This document shows, one piece after another, positions 12,601 to 25,860 of a DNA stretch of 64,000 nt. The translations under genes and the position numbers were made by a program. Position 1 is the first letter of the stretch. The number at the start of each line of letters is the position of its first letter. Under the pieces are notes generated by a model that made no database searches, had not been told where the DNA came from, and saw nothing but the letters and a program-made list of their open reading frames with translations. The stretch is taken from the NCBI RefSeq assembly GCF_009834535.1, contig NC_045707.1, forward strand, positions 52,144,001 to 52,208,000, read 5' to 3'. Source of the DNA: Camelus ferus. Lineage: Eukaryota.

Positions 12601-14351
12601 ACATAATCTAGAATTAAAAAAAGTGTTTTATGGAGCCAGGTGCAAGTGGGTATGTATAATGCACTTGCCCCTTTGGATCCCAATCAAGCATTCCAAAGAA
12701 GGAGAAGAAAAACAGTTTGTTTCCTAGCCTAACACCAGTCTGTTTGTCTCTGTTAAACTGGAAGAGAGTTTTCTGTCTTTTTTTTTCAACTTGTTTTTAG
12801 TATTAATTGAAGTTGCTCACAGTGCTTTGATGTAATAGATTACATTATCAACTGTCAAAAGCTGATTATCAGAATTACAAGTCAGTAAAGAGTTAAGTGA
12901 GTAGCAAAAAGGAAAACAAATAAATGGATAAAAAGGCTGAAAGATACACCGCAGTCTTAAATCTTTGAGAGTATCTTAGAGACAAGTGGATGATTTATGA
13001 TTATCTAAGAATGATAAATTTATAAATCTCAGAGTAATATTTTTATTTAATTTTTGTATAAGTTTAGAGTATTGGTGAAATTAATTTCTTACCAGTCATC
13101 AGCGAAATGAAACTTTAATAACAACATGATGCACTGTAAAATAATTGTATTTTTAACAAACTTTCTAAGCTAAAGAGAAATTACATTTTAATACTCTATA
13201 TTCTTATTTGGCATAATACCTAGAAAGAAATAGAAGATAACATTTAAATCTATCTACTGAACATTTATATTTCCTAGAAAGGCAAATAAGATTATTAAAT
13301 ATTTAAAGATGAGAAATTTCCTTTTTCTGAGAAAGTGAAATTAGCAGTACAATGAAGTCACCTCTGTTTTAAATTAATGATTGTTTCGTTAGCCATGCAT
13401 TCTTCAGACTGACACTATAATTATTCATAATAGTAATCTTGCTTACTTTGATCTCATAAAAAGATATACATGGATTATCTTATCATACAATATTTTCAAA
13501 TGCATTTCTTTAGTAGTATTCTCCTAGGAATAAAGGTAATATTTTTATAAGAAATAAAAGAAATTATATTATTCAGGGTCATGTTACCTTTAATAACTTT
13601 CATGACATATAATTATATGTGGTCAAATATGTTTAAGTGAACACTATGATTTGTCTTTTCTAAAATGTCATGTAAGCTGGAATCATTCTCTAGGTACTAC
13701 TCCTTCATGTCTGGGTTATTTTAAGTAGCATAATATTTTCTTGATTTATCCATTTTTTGTGTGTGTATCAATAGTTTGTTTTTATTGCTGAATAGGATTC
13801 CATTGAATGGATAAACCATACTGAGTTGCAAATTCAGCTCTTGATAGACATTTGTTTCCAAGTGGGATTATACTGAGTAAAGTTGACATAAATATTATTA
13901 TGCAAGTCTCTGTGAGCAAATAGGGTTTAATTTCTCTTGGGTAAAAATCTAAGATGGGTCATACTGTTAAGTATATGTTTGACTTTATTAGGAACTCCCA
14001 GATGGTTTGCCAAGTTGCCACATTCCTTCTGGCAATGTTTGCAACTACTGGTGCCACTCCATCCTCTTCAACACTTACTATTGAGATTTTCTGATTTTAG
14101 CGATTATAAAGGGTAGATGAGGTATCTCATCATTGTGATAATTTGCATTTCACTTATGAGTAATGAGGCTGAGTATATTTTTATGTGATTACTGACCATT
14201 TGTGTAGCTTCTCCCGTAAAGTGACCATTTAAATCTTTGACCCATTTCTTTACTTTTTCTCTTGTTATTGATTTGGAAAAGGTATTTATTTTGGATTCAA
14301 GTCTAGTATAGGACTCCTAGTCTGTGACTTGACTTTTCATTTTGTTAGAAG

Positions 14352-14575
14352 TTTTTTTTTCAGTTGAAGTTAGTTGGTATACAATGTCATGTTAATTTCT
14401 GGTGTACTGCATAGTGATTCAGTTATACATATATATATATTCCTTTTCATGTTTTTTTTTCATTTTAGGCTATCACAAGGTATCAAATATAGTTCCCTGT
14501 GCTATACAGTAGGACCTTGCTGTTTATCTATTTTATATATAGTAGTTAGTATCTGCAAATACCAAACTTTCAATT
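14352..14575 (-). mobile_element. Younger L1 3'UTR tail (artiodactyl type)
   Basis: T-run + ttgaagttagttggtatacaatgt...atagttccctgtgctatacagtaggaccttg; flanked by near-repeat tt(a/g)gaagttt. Confidence 0.85.
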
Positions 14576-14731
14576 TAAATTGGAAGTTTCTTTTGAAGAG
14601 TAAAAATATTAAGCTTGATGAAGTCAACTCTATCAACTTTTGTTCTTTTATTGAACTTGAAGTCTGTGGTCTATCTAAGAAAATTTTAAGTGTTCCAAGT
14701 TTAATAAAGAGTCTGACTCCATTATTTCATG

Positions 14732-15074
14732 TGTTATGACAGTTTCCAAGTCTCACTTCTTCTTCCCATTTTGTCTCGTATCTGAGCAAGTTCATAAGAA
14801 AGTCTGGATGTGCCCTCCAGTAGCAAATGTAAGGGAACCTTTCCCTTGGCCCTACTCTCTATACTGTAAAAATACCAAGTCAGTCTCCTTTCCTGGTTTT
14901 CTCAAGCTATTTTTGGACCAAATTAGTAAACCTGTCCTCCTGACCCCAAAAGTCTCATAAATGACCAATACACTGTTTATACACTCTAAACGTGTTTGTG
15001 TGGTGTTATCAGTCTTGACATCTGAATCAAATTCTGAGTGGGGTCCATTCTGATTCTTCAGAGAGGCCATAACA
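14732..15074 (+). mobile_element. ERVL solo LTR, MER54/MER74-like
   Basis: Perfect terminal inverted repeat TGTTATG...CATAACA; internal aagtcagtctcctttcctggttttctcaagc...tcagtcttgacatctgaatcaaatt. Confidence 0.65.
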
Positions 15075-15550
15075 CCAAAGATGGGAATACTTTCACCTAT
15101 ATTTCCTTTCAAAATGGTAATAGTTTTAACTTTAGGTTTGGATTGATGGTCCGTTTTGAGTTAGATAAACATGTCATGAATTAAGTGTACACATCCATTT
15201 TTTTATTGAGATATAATTCACATATTATAAAGTTCACTTTCTTAAAATGTACAGTGTGGTGGTCGTTCACATATTCACACAGTTGTGTAGCTATCACCAT
15301 GATCTAATTCGAGAACACTTCCATTACCATCCAAAAAACTACGGTAGGTAACCCTATGTTTAACTTTTTGAGGAACTGCCAAACTCTTTTCTAAAATGCC
15401 TGTACCATTTTAGATTCCTTTTAGCAATATATGAGTGTTCCAATTTATCCACATTCTTGTAAACTGGCACCTCATAAAAAAATTAATTGATTGTAAATTT
15501 AAGTGTTTATATATGGAATCTCAATTATAATCCATTAATCTATATGTCTA

Positions 15551-15692
15551 TCCTGAGGAAGATTTTTACTTTTAAGAAAAAAGTGAAAAGCAAAAATAAC
15601 TGTCAGCATTAGTTTTGCAGGGAGTAGTTATAGAGACAGTGTGCACCCCAAGCAGTGAGAGTGGCACCTCCAAGCTCTCCCTGAGAACTGCA
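15551..15692 (+). mobile_element. Internal fragment of a TcMar-Tigger-type element
   Basis: Aligns by eye to ~16145-16290 (aaagtgaaaagcaaaaata...tgagagtggcacctccaagctctccct..gaact). Confidence 0.7.
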
Positions 15693-16053
15693 GTCCCACT
15701 GGGCAAGGCAGGTCTACACCTCAGGTCAAATCACATGGAAGTACGCTTTACCCAACAGGAAATCAAAGAGCGGCCACATGACAAGGCTCAGTGTTTATGG
15801 TCTGGGAAACACCTCTTTCCGCAGAGGGATGTTTCTGTGTATGGCATGGGGCTAGAAGGGGAATGTTAGCTGAATAATCATAGGCCATACCCAATCTCAG
15901 TAACAGAATCTTTACTGCATTTGTCAGACAAGGTTTACTGGATCAGATAGTTTTCCTGCCAAACTTCAAAGAGATTCTCCAATCTCAGTACTTTATAAAA
16001 ATTAAAAAAAAAAAAGATTTTCTTGATAATAAGGTAAATATATAGTTTGCTTA

Positions 16054-16477
16054 CAGATATTGCCCACTTTTTGAAAGTTCACTTTACGCCATTTCCCTTT
16101 TATGAAAGCTCTACACCAGTACCTGTTTTTGCTGACCAAAAGAAATCTGAAGAGGATTTTCACTTCTAAGAAAAAAGGTGAAAAGCAAAAATAGGGGTCC
16201 GTGTTTGTTTTTGCATTGAGTAATTATAAAGGCAGGGTGTGCCCTAGACACACTGAGAGTGGTACCGCCAAGCTCTCCCTCAGAACTACACTTAGCATCT
16301 CAGCCTCAAGCTGCCGTAGCTCTAAACTGTGTCTGTGAGAGTTTATGCTTTGTTTTGATTTATCTTGTGTATCTATTAGCAAAGTGTATCTTAAGGTAAT
16401 TGCTTCTTCACTTTAAGGTTTGGTTTAGGAAAGCTCTCATGGGGGCACTGTACTTTTGGATAGTAGGGGAAACTTGT
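16054..16477 (+). mobile_element. Non-autonomous TcMar-Tigger-type DNA transposon
   Basis: Flanked by TA on both sides; degenerate TIRs cagatattgcccact / agtagggggaaacttg; gaaagttcactttacgccatttc motif. Confidence 0.7.
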
Positions 16478-16486
16478 ACCTGTAAT

Positions 16487-16940
16487 GTGACAGACATTTA
16501 TGATGGCCACCAGCATCCAAGACAGCCTCATTTTCTTTTGTCTTCCTCTAATTTTCAGTCTCTCAAACTTCCTTTATGCTAGGATATCCATATTATACAA
16601 TTCTGGTCAGTGAAAATTTAACTGACCCATTTTGGAATAACACTTAAAAAAAAAAAAAACCTGACAAGGAAGCTTTACCCTTTTTCTTCAGCCATACTTC
16701 TTTCTGCCTTTGTCTAAATCAAATGTCATGCTTGAGAAATCAATAACCATCTTTCAACCAGGAAGTTGAAAGCTGGGTGCCAAAGATAATTGAACTAAAA
16801 TGGAAGAAGCCTGAATATTAATGAGATCTTGGAGTTATTAGACCAACTCTGTACTTCCTGATACACGAGAGACACATCTGTCTGTGTGGTTAAGCTGTTG
16901 GAAGCTGGGCTTTCTATTACTTACAGCCTAATGTAGTTGT
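16487..16940 (+). mobile_element. Old MLT1 (J/K-like) LTR
   Basis: ccagcatcc...accatctttcaaccaggaag...ttaagctgttggaagctgggctttctattacttacagcc. Confidence 0.55.
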
Positions 16941-17375
16941 ATGTAGCAAACTACAAGAGAAAAACAGAGGTTTCCGTTGTAAATGTCTAAATTATCTTTG
17001 ATAAATAATAGATGTGAGGTTGTTTGTTGTCGTATCTACTTCTCTTTCCTAAGTGATTTTTTTTTGAAATGCACTAATTTTTGAAATCAGTTTCTGCTGA
17101 TCCTGCTCTGAGAGCCATAATCCATTCTTTTCTTCAATTAGAATTTCAGAAATTCTCAATCTCTGCCAATAATTGCTTATTTTCTTTAATTTCCAAGTCT
17201 TTTATTTATATACACATTTAAAAACAAAAATAGCAAAACTGCAATTTATCTGTTTTCCTGAGATGATCATCCATTTATACCTAGCACACAGTAGCACTCT
17301 TCTCTTGACAGGAAGAGTAATTCCATTGGAGGTGTGACTTAAAAATAGATTCTCATCGAATAACATCATAACCTC

Positions 17376-17870
17376 TGTAACAAAGGCTGTCAGTTAGCCC
17401 ATGGTATCCATTTATCCCTTTTTTTTTTAACATCATAAAACTCTTGATTTTTTGCTGAATACATGGTCATCCAGATGAAGATTATATTTACCAAACTTCC
17501 TTGAAGTTAGATGTCACTAATTTCTGGCCAGTATCTAGGAGTGAGTGGTTTGTCAAACATCCTGAATATGTCATTGATAGGAACTGACATGACATTTTAA
17601 TTTTTTTCTTTTTTTTTTTTTTTTTGCTTCCTTTTGCCTGAAGTCTGGATTTATGCCCCGAGCCCTACCTTGGATAATTTGTACAATTATTTCTCCCTAA
17701 GAATAATGAAAAAGAAAGCTGAAAAAGGCCAGAATTTGAAAAGATTTCAGGCTGCCTTACTAGCCTGAATTATGTATATGTGAAATTTAACATGACAGAG
17801 AAATAAATTTATTTTTGGCAGAATCCAAGGTTATCTGTAATAATACATTCAAATGAACCTATATTATAAT
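17376..17870 (+). mobile_element. Old MLT1 LTR
   Basis: tgtaacaaaggctgtcag...gattatatttaccaaacttccttgaagttagatgt...catgacagagaaataaattt. Confidence 0.55.
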
Positions 17871-18654
17871 TAAGACAAAGACCTTTACTGATTTTCCTTA
17901 ACATTATTAAATATATTAAGTAACTTCCATTGCTACAAAACTTATGAGATATGTTTAATCATTTAACATCCCCTATTCTGTGCTTTATGATTGCTGTTAT
18001 AAATATTCAGTGGGGGAAAATAAATTTAAAAAAGAAATTCAAGGACAGAGGAGTGGTGATCCTGGAAAAATGGCATTAGTGCTGGCTCTGGTTTATATGA
18101 GAGTAGAATTTCGGATTGGCATGAACTGTGGTTTTTCTTAGGCTGACATATTCTAATCACACTTAGAAATTGACTATTAAATTCAACCTGGTCTATGGAG
18201 TTTTTTTGGTAATGTGTTGGGGCTTTATTTAACAGGTCTTGAGTTGACAAAGGCAATAATAGGTGGAAAAAGTTCTAGTGCAAGTAAACCATTTTACGTA
18301 ATTCATTATGCTATTATCTGCTTGAACTGGGCCAGAATTTTGTTTCTCCAAACCAAACTGAGAATAGCTATGACACCAAGAATATTCTCTGAGAAGGACC
18401 CAGAATTAGTTTCTTTAAGGATTTGACATAATCTGCCTTCCCAGTCAGGCATTACCAGTGCTAGAGCCTTGAGCCACGGTGAGGACTTGGAGGCTAAGGA
18501 AGCCACACATTAAACTGGGACCATGCTACTTGTCCACTATTCTGTATAACTGTATGTGTACAGATGAGATGTTGTGTACTTGAATCAATAAAAATCAGAT
18601 TATTCCTCTATGTATGCATCTTCCTTTTACTAAATAACACCAGTTAGTATGGGG

Positions 18655-18885
18655 GGAGTCAGTGTATTCTAATGATCAAGACATTGGATTTTTAAACTGG
18701 CTTGCCCACTTATTAGCCTTGTGGAAGGCATCCACCATCCTGATGCCTCGGTTTTCTTATTTATAGAACAAGAGAATATTTGTACCTCTCTTAGGATTGT
18801 TGTGAGGATTAAATTAGTTTATACATGTAAAATAATTGTTGCAGTAGCACTGTTTGTATCAGCTATTGTTATAATCACCATTATT
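18655..18885 (+). mobile_element. MIR SINE
   Basis: tgcctcggttttcttatttatagaac...tacctctcttaggattgttgtgaggattaaattag. Confidence 0.7.
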
Positions 18886-18994
18886 TTATTTTTCATTTAT
18901 TATTTTATCACTTTTTACCAGCACAATTTGAAAGTGAGCAAAAAAAAAAAAAAAAAAAAAACCCAAACAATTTAAAGTGCTCTCATTGATCAAT

Positions 18995-19500
18995 TGATTC
19001 ATTCATTCATTTAGCTTTTATTTATTAAAGACCAAATATGTACTGTTCACCTTTCAGAAACCTGGGGGCAAAGCAGTGAACAAAATTATATAAGATATGC
19101 CAAGCAGTAGTAAGAACTATGAAAAAAACCTGAGGCAAATAAGGAGACATAAATTTAGAGTGGGAGACTATTTTTAAATAGGATTGTAAAGTCCATTATG
19201 AGTTGATAATAGGTAAGGAGAAGCTTAAATGAAACAAGGGAGTAGACTATGCAAGTATGTGTGAGAAGAACATTCCAGAAGACAGGAAAGTAAATACTAA
19301 AGACCTGAGAGAGCAGTATTCTTGGTATGTTACAAGAACAGGAAATGAAGCTTGGGGGGCTGGGACAGAATGGTCCAAGGATAAATAGGTAGAGAAGCCT
19401 CAAGCTGTGTGCTGTGGGGCCTTCTACAAGCCATTGCAGAGAACTGGTATTTCATCTGAAGGTTTTGAGCAGAGGAACCATCTGCTCTGCATTAGTTTTG
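18995..19500 (-). mobile_element. L2 LINE fragment
   Basis: attcattcattcatttagc...aaagcagtgaacaaaa...gaaggttttgagcagaggaa. Confidence 0.7.
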
Positions 19501-19509
19501 CTTTTAAGG

Positions 19510-22200
19510 AAACATTTTATCAAGTGTATGTACATATGCAGTAAGTAGCTTGTTCACTTTCAATTACTGCTATAAAATATTTCGTCACACAATTATACTT
19601 ACATTTATGTATACGTTCTCCTGTAGGTGGACATTTTGGTTGAGTCCGGTTTTTATCTGTTATGAATAATGCTGCTATGCATATTCTTTTTTTTTTTTCT
19701 TAGTGGAGCTACTGGGGATTGAACCCAGGCCCTTGTGCATGCTGAGCATGCAGTCTACCAATGAGCTCTACCCAACCCACCCCCAACCCACCCACACCCC
19801 CAGCTATACATATTCTTGCAGATTTCTTTTGGTGAACATATGTATGCATTTCTTCTGGTTATATACCCAGATATGGAATTCCTGGGTTATAGGGTAACAC
19901 GTGCTCAATTTCAGTAGATGTGATAATTTTCAAACGTACCAACAATGTATTAGAGTGACAATTATTCTGTATATTCACTAGGCATTGTTTGGTTAATTTG
20001 AGCCATTCTGATGTTAAGTAATGGTGTCTTTTTTTTATTTAAATTTGACTGACTCTATGGCTAATGAATTTGAACACCTTCCCACATTCAGCCATTTGGA
20101 TAGCCTAGATTTGAAATGCCTTTGCACATTTCTTCCCTATGTTGAATTGAGTTATTTATACTGTATTTTACTCACTTGTGTATGACTTTTAGATGAGAAT
20201 TCTTTAATGAAAATATACATTATAAATATCTTTTCCTATTCTGTGGATTTTTTAAACAGTAAACTTTATTTTTAGAGCATTTTTCGGTTTATAGGAAAAT
20301 TGAGCAGACCCAGCAGAGTTTCCATTACACCCCTCCCTGCACCAAACACATAGTTCTCCCTTCTTGTATTACTGTCATACACTTACTACAACTGATGAAC
20401 CAACATTGATACACTATTATTAACTAAAGTTCATAGTTTACATGAAGGTTCACTCTTTGTGTTGTGCAGTTTTATGGATTTTGTCGAATGTATGTATCCA
20501 CCATTACATTAGAATACAGAATCGATTCACTACCCTAAAAATCCCCTGTATTCCTCCCATTGATTCTCCTTCCCACTCCCAAGCCTCTGGCAACCACTAG
20601 TCTTTTTTTTTTTTTTTTTTTTTTTTTTTGTCTCTATATAGTTTTGCCTTGGAATTCCAGATGTCATATATTTGGAATCACACAATATATAGCCTTTTCA
20701 GACTGGCTTCCTTCATTTAACAATAAGCATTTAAGAGTCCTCCTAATTTTAGTGAACTCAAATTTGTCGGTCTTTTCCTGCATAATGATTGTTTTGTTTC
20801 CTGATTATGACGGGTTTTTTCCCCCTCTGTACCACTGTAATGAAGATCTTTTTCTGTTATGAAAGATTTTTTTCCCTCTATTTAAAAAAAAGTCTTTCAC
20901 ATATCATATAACTAGAATTTCTTTTCAATATATAAGGATGTAGAAATCAAGATTTATTTTTTCCCATGTGAATATACAATTAAATAAACTCCATTATTGA
21001 AGAGACCATCCTTTCTCCACTGCACCATACGAAAGCTTTTTCACAAATGTACAGGCCAGTACATTCTGAACTCTCTTCAAGGCAGTTTGCAATACAAACA
21101 TGTGTCAAAAAACAGTCCTGAAAGCCCTATGGAGAATTGTCTCTCACACTAGACATCACTGTCTCATTCTTGATGTTACAGAAAAAGTATTCAGTAGTTC
21201 ACCATTAAGCGTGATGTTTGCTAAAAGCTAATTTTTTTTTCCGAAATAGACTTTTATATTAAGAAAGTACCTTTTATTCTTAATCTGCTAAAGTATTCTT
21301 TAGAATTATTCTATTATAATAGGGATTTGAATTTTATCAAAAGATTTTTATTCATCTATTATAATTATATTGTTTGTCTCTTTTATCCTTTCAATTTGAT
21401 GACTTGCTTTGGCTGATTTTTCAAATAAACTAAATTTGCATTGCAAGAATAAGTCTAATTTGATTGTAACCTATCATTTTTACATTTTGCTGAATTCAAT
21501 TTGCTAATATTTGTTGGAGTTTTTTTGTGTTTATATTCAGGCAAGATGCTGGCTTATAATTTTAATTTCCTGTAATGGCTGATCCAGTTTTGATAAATAG
21601 GTTATATTGGCATCATAGAATGAAATGAACAGTGCATCATATTTTCCTAATGTCTTGAAGAGTTTATATGACATTGATGGATTTTTTTCTTCCTCAAGTG
21701 TTTGGTAAGATTAACTGTAAAGCAATCTAGGCTTGGCATTTTCTTTGTGGAATTATTTGTATTTATGGATTAATTTCTTCAAAGATCCATTCATATTTTC
21801 TCTATTTTCTTATGTATGTTTTATTATGTTTTGTTTTTTAAAGAATTTTTTTCCATTTCATATAAAATTTAAATTATCGAACTTATTTTTAATAATCTCT
21901 TATCTATTTAGGCTATAGGATATTTATGTATATGTTCTCTTTATTCCTAATTTTTATAATCTTTTCTCTCTTTCTTTCTCTCTTCCTCACTCCTTCTCTC
22001 TCTTTATCTTACTAGGAGTTTATTAATTATATAGATACATCTGATCTTATCTTCAACATTTTCTTTCTTCTACATTTAAAAATTTTAGTTTGCTATGCTT
22101 ATTCTAATTTCTTGGAATACAGATACACAAACACATATATAAGGCTATAAAATTGCTCTAAGCTTCAGATGCACTCTGCAAGTTTTGATACATTGAAAAA
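19510..22200 (-). mobile_element. Composite of old L1M fragments, including an L1MC-like 3' end at ~20255-20745
   Basis: aataatgctgctatg, atatacccagatatggaatt, tttttagagcatttttcggtttataggaaaattgagc and ttcaccattaagcgtgatgtttgct are antisense L1 motifs. Confidence 0.7.
19689..19802 (-). mobile_element. tRNA-Ala-derived SINE (vic-1-like)
   Basis: Antisense A/B boxes (ggggattgaacccagg...tctaccaatgagct), T-tail, 15-bp TSD gctat(g/a)catattctt at 19674-19688 and 19803-19817. Confidence 0.9.
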
Positions 22201-24995
22201 AGTTAGAATGCTTTCTGCTTGATCTCCAGGATCAGTACCTTAAAAATTGGAAAACCCTGATGGGAAAAAAAAAAAGTCCTACTACTTCTGTATGTTTATC
22301 TTCCCCATATGATCGGAGGACCTTTACATTTGGCAAAAGATGCTCTTTGGTGCATTCAAACAAGTCTATTTATTATCTTCTCTAGTTGCTCACAGGAGAG
22401 AATTACTTTAATCTAAGCTACTGCATCATAGTCAAAATCACAAATTCCGAATTTCTAGTTTCTGTGTGAAAATGGATTATTCTAGGAATAGAAAATGAGA
22501 ATTATTAGGAGGCTATTGTGCTAATCAAAACAAAAATATGAAGGTAGCATTGACTGACTATTTGGGGCAGAATAGTGATAAATGGTTACTTTTGGTATAT
22601 CTTTTAAAATAAGTCTGACAGTATTTTCCAGAGTATTAAAAAAAGGGAAGACTGAGAATGGCTTCAAATATTTTTGACTTAAGAACAAGAGAGATTGTTT
22701 TTTCTTGCCTTGGCTCAGTCTGAGATAGACTCTCCTATCATAGAGGCAATATGGCTTGTAGCAGTTTGACTTTCTATGTTTCCTGTGTTGGGAAAAAAAT
22801 ACATGTATATATATAATCTACTTCTCATCAACGTGATGATTAAGAATAGTGGGTCATTATCAGATTAAAATTCATGAAGAGGTATTTTGCAGAAAGAACA
22901 TGTACTTTTACAGAAGAACCATAATAACTTGAGTCATGTACATCCTGGAAGCTCTACGAAGTTAGCTGGTATTATGAGAATGGTCCCAGCATATTCTGTG
23001 AGTGTCCTGAAACTCTGCTATGACTTATAGCTCCTGGTGTCACTATCTAGAGATGAAAGTGTTCTGTAAGGCTGAGAACAGGGCATCAGAATCCATTCCT
23101 GGAAAAAAGGGATTTGATGAGGTCTCTGTGCACTAGCACTAAATATTGCAAATAAACTTATCAATGAAAATAATAAAAGTAACCCTTTAGTGCTTTCAGT
23201 ATTATTATTTAATTACTATGGTGTAAAGCATCGATAAAGGCAATTTTTATATTCAGTTTCTCCTCTCGTGGTCAAAGCCACAGAACTGCTGCATTAATTT
23301 TGAAATGACATGGTTCATAGTTAAATATTCCTAAGAGGCTAATTTATCAATGCTTACTCCTTTGGATTATTTCTTAGTGGCAAGTTGGCTTTGTTAATGA
23401 CATAAATAATGCAGGAAGGAATCAAGTAATTTTAAATCAATTATGAGGGAGTGCACATTTTGAATTCAAAATAATTGCAATTAACTAAATCCTCAGCAAT
23501 TATACCCATCTGGATGTTATCAAAGATATTTGAATTTTGGTAATATTTAATATTTTAAAAAGTGAAGCAATTTGTGTTTAAATTTTCAGGGCCTTTAATT
23601 TGAAACTGTAAATGCAGGAGATAAAGTTTGATAATTTTTTTCATTTTGAGAATAAACCCACTGATATCTACTCTCAAATTAGTTTGTTGGGGTTATTTTA
23701 AAAGCTTCATCAATATGATTTTATGAGAGACCCATATAGTAGCAGATATATTTTCTAGCATGAACTACAGTGCTTACAAAAATACTCAGAGTAATTACAT
23801 GATTTATAAAATATTTAAAAGCATTTAGTGATGAAAGGTTTTAAATGGCTAAATGGTGACCTCAATTACACTGAGCCAATTAGCTAAAGAAGTGTTTGTC
23901 CATAATGAGTGTTTACCTTTAAATGGAATTTCGTATATATACAAATGTTTATTGCATGATTTTCTATGCAGTCAGGCTTGTTAACAATTTTTAAATCCAG
24001 AACTGCCATTTCTTGAAAACACATTTTTAATACATGAACAACAAAAACACATTTAACTTATTTTCATAGGCATTTTTAAAAATCCTGAAAGACTAGTATA
24101 AATTCATTACTGTATAATTTTAGGTATTGACACTCATGCCTCTGTATCATGTACCTGGCTCTAAAAACATTGAGAAAGTGAATCTCAGTATTTTCCCCAG
24201 AGAGCTTTTTTTTTTTTTTCTTTCAGGTATAATGCCAGTAATCAATCTAATTATGTTTTCTTATACACATTCATGTATTGAACGGCTTCTGCAACATAAT
24301 TACTAGGCTAATCTTTCAGGCAGGTAGGATAAGTAGCATAAGAAATGGGCTTGAATATCTGAGAGATCAAGCCAATCAAACTGTGTTTTCTCATTCATGT
24401 GCTTGTTAGCAGAAGAGCATTCCGGCCCCTTCCCACCGTTGCCTTCACCACTCCATGGGTCTCATCATCAGATGCATCCAGCCAGAGGAGGCAACAACTG
24501 GGGAGTTTTTAAGAACCCAGTTTGGAAGCGGCTCACATAATTTCTCCTCACTTTCTAAAACTCAGTTACATAGCCACACGTAAATGCAAACAAGGTTGGG
24601 AAACACAGCCTATTTATTTGTGTGCCTAAGATAAAGAAGAAATCTATGTTTGCAGAGTTAGTAAGCTTTACCATCCTAGGTAAATACATTCAACCATGTA
24701 TTTTTATATAGGAACTACTTTCTGCTATCAAGGAACTCGACTTAGTGGAAGGAGACAGGTTTATTAAGTGACTAGACCAAAGTGAGGTAAGTGCGTAACT
24801 AGAAATAAGGTATACAGCAAACTCCTTTAAAAATAACAAGGGAAAGAATGACTGCAATGGAAAAGGGCAGATGCAGTTTCACAGAGAAGTTGACAGTTCA
24901 GGTTTTTTTTTTAAGGATTAATTTAAATTCTTCAGGTACACAGTGGGACAGAGAATCTGTAAAAATAATGTATAAAATTATGAAAGATAGGACAG

Positions 24996-25146
24996 GAAGA
25001 GGGTATAGCTCAGTGAGTAGATCATAGGCTTAGCATGCACAAGGTCCTGGGTTCAATCCCCAGTCCCTCCATTAAATAAATCAACCCAATTACCACCCCC
25101 AAAATAAATAAAAATAATAATTTAAAAAATTGTTCTGTGAAAAAAA
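24996..25146 (+). mobile_element. tRNA-Ala-derived SINE (vic-1-like)
   Basis: gggtatagctcagtg...ttagcatgcacaaggtcctgggttcaatcccc, A-rich tail with caattaccaccccc; perfect 14-bp TSD gaaagataggacag at 24982-24995 and 25147-25160. Confidence 0.92.
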
Positions 25147-25312
25147 GAAAGATAGGACAGCTTAATAGTGACTAGTCAATTATATTGTAGTTCATTTTAA
25201 AATTTGGAAGTAACATAAAAATACAGAAAAAACAAAGAAAAATTAATACAGATACCCATACGTGCACAAACCAGAATGAACAAATATTGACATTTCTCAC
25301 ATTTGCTTCAGA

Positions 25313-25860
25313 TGTGGTAGATTGAACAACTGACTTGTACTCTATCACTGACTTCTAGTATCCTATTGCTGACTTTTAACTTTACCTTGTTCCAATGTAA
25401 TTCTTCCCACAGAGGCAATGTATGACCACTTCCTTCTACCCCCACATACCTTTTGACTTTAGACTGGGCCATGTGAATTGCTTTGACAAAAGGGATGCTA
25501 TAGAATAATGCTAGGAGGGGACTTGAAATGTACTTGTGTAGGTGGAACTGTCCTCTTGTGCCTGTGTCATCCCCAAGAGAAGAATTTCCTCTGGGTATAT
25601 GCTCCTGCTGTTTCTTCAGTCTGGGACTCAGATTAAATACACCTAAGGTGGAAGTGAACCAGGCCAACGGGCAACTTAAAGAAGAACTGTCTAGCTGAGC
25701 CCAGCCTAGATCCACAAAACACCAGCCAATCTTCAAACACTTGCGTGAGCTCAGCACAGCTACAGACATGAGAGCCATACAGAGTGCCATGGATATGAGT
25801 AATAAATTCTTATTTTTATTTACCACTGAGATGTTGTAGTTGTTTGTTACATATAATACC
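25313..25860 (+). mobile_element. MLT1 (H-like) solo LTR
   Basis: tgtggtagatt...ggccatgtgaattgctttgac...agcccagcctagatc...aataaa...ccactgagatgttgtagttgtttgttac. Confidence 0.75.

Larger units (their letters stand above)
13650..15555 (-). mobile_element. Old L1M fragments interrupted by a younger L1 tail and an ERVL LTR
   Basis: tttttattgctgaataggattccattgaatgg, tttgcatttcacttatgagtaatgaggctgag and ttgagatataattcacata are antisense L1M 3' motifs. Confidence 0.7.

Noticed and set aside
25308..25826. Longest ORF in the track (172 aa, -)
   Set aside because: Lies antisense within an MLT1 LTR and has no recognisable domain; likely a chance ORF.
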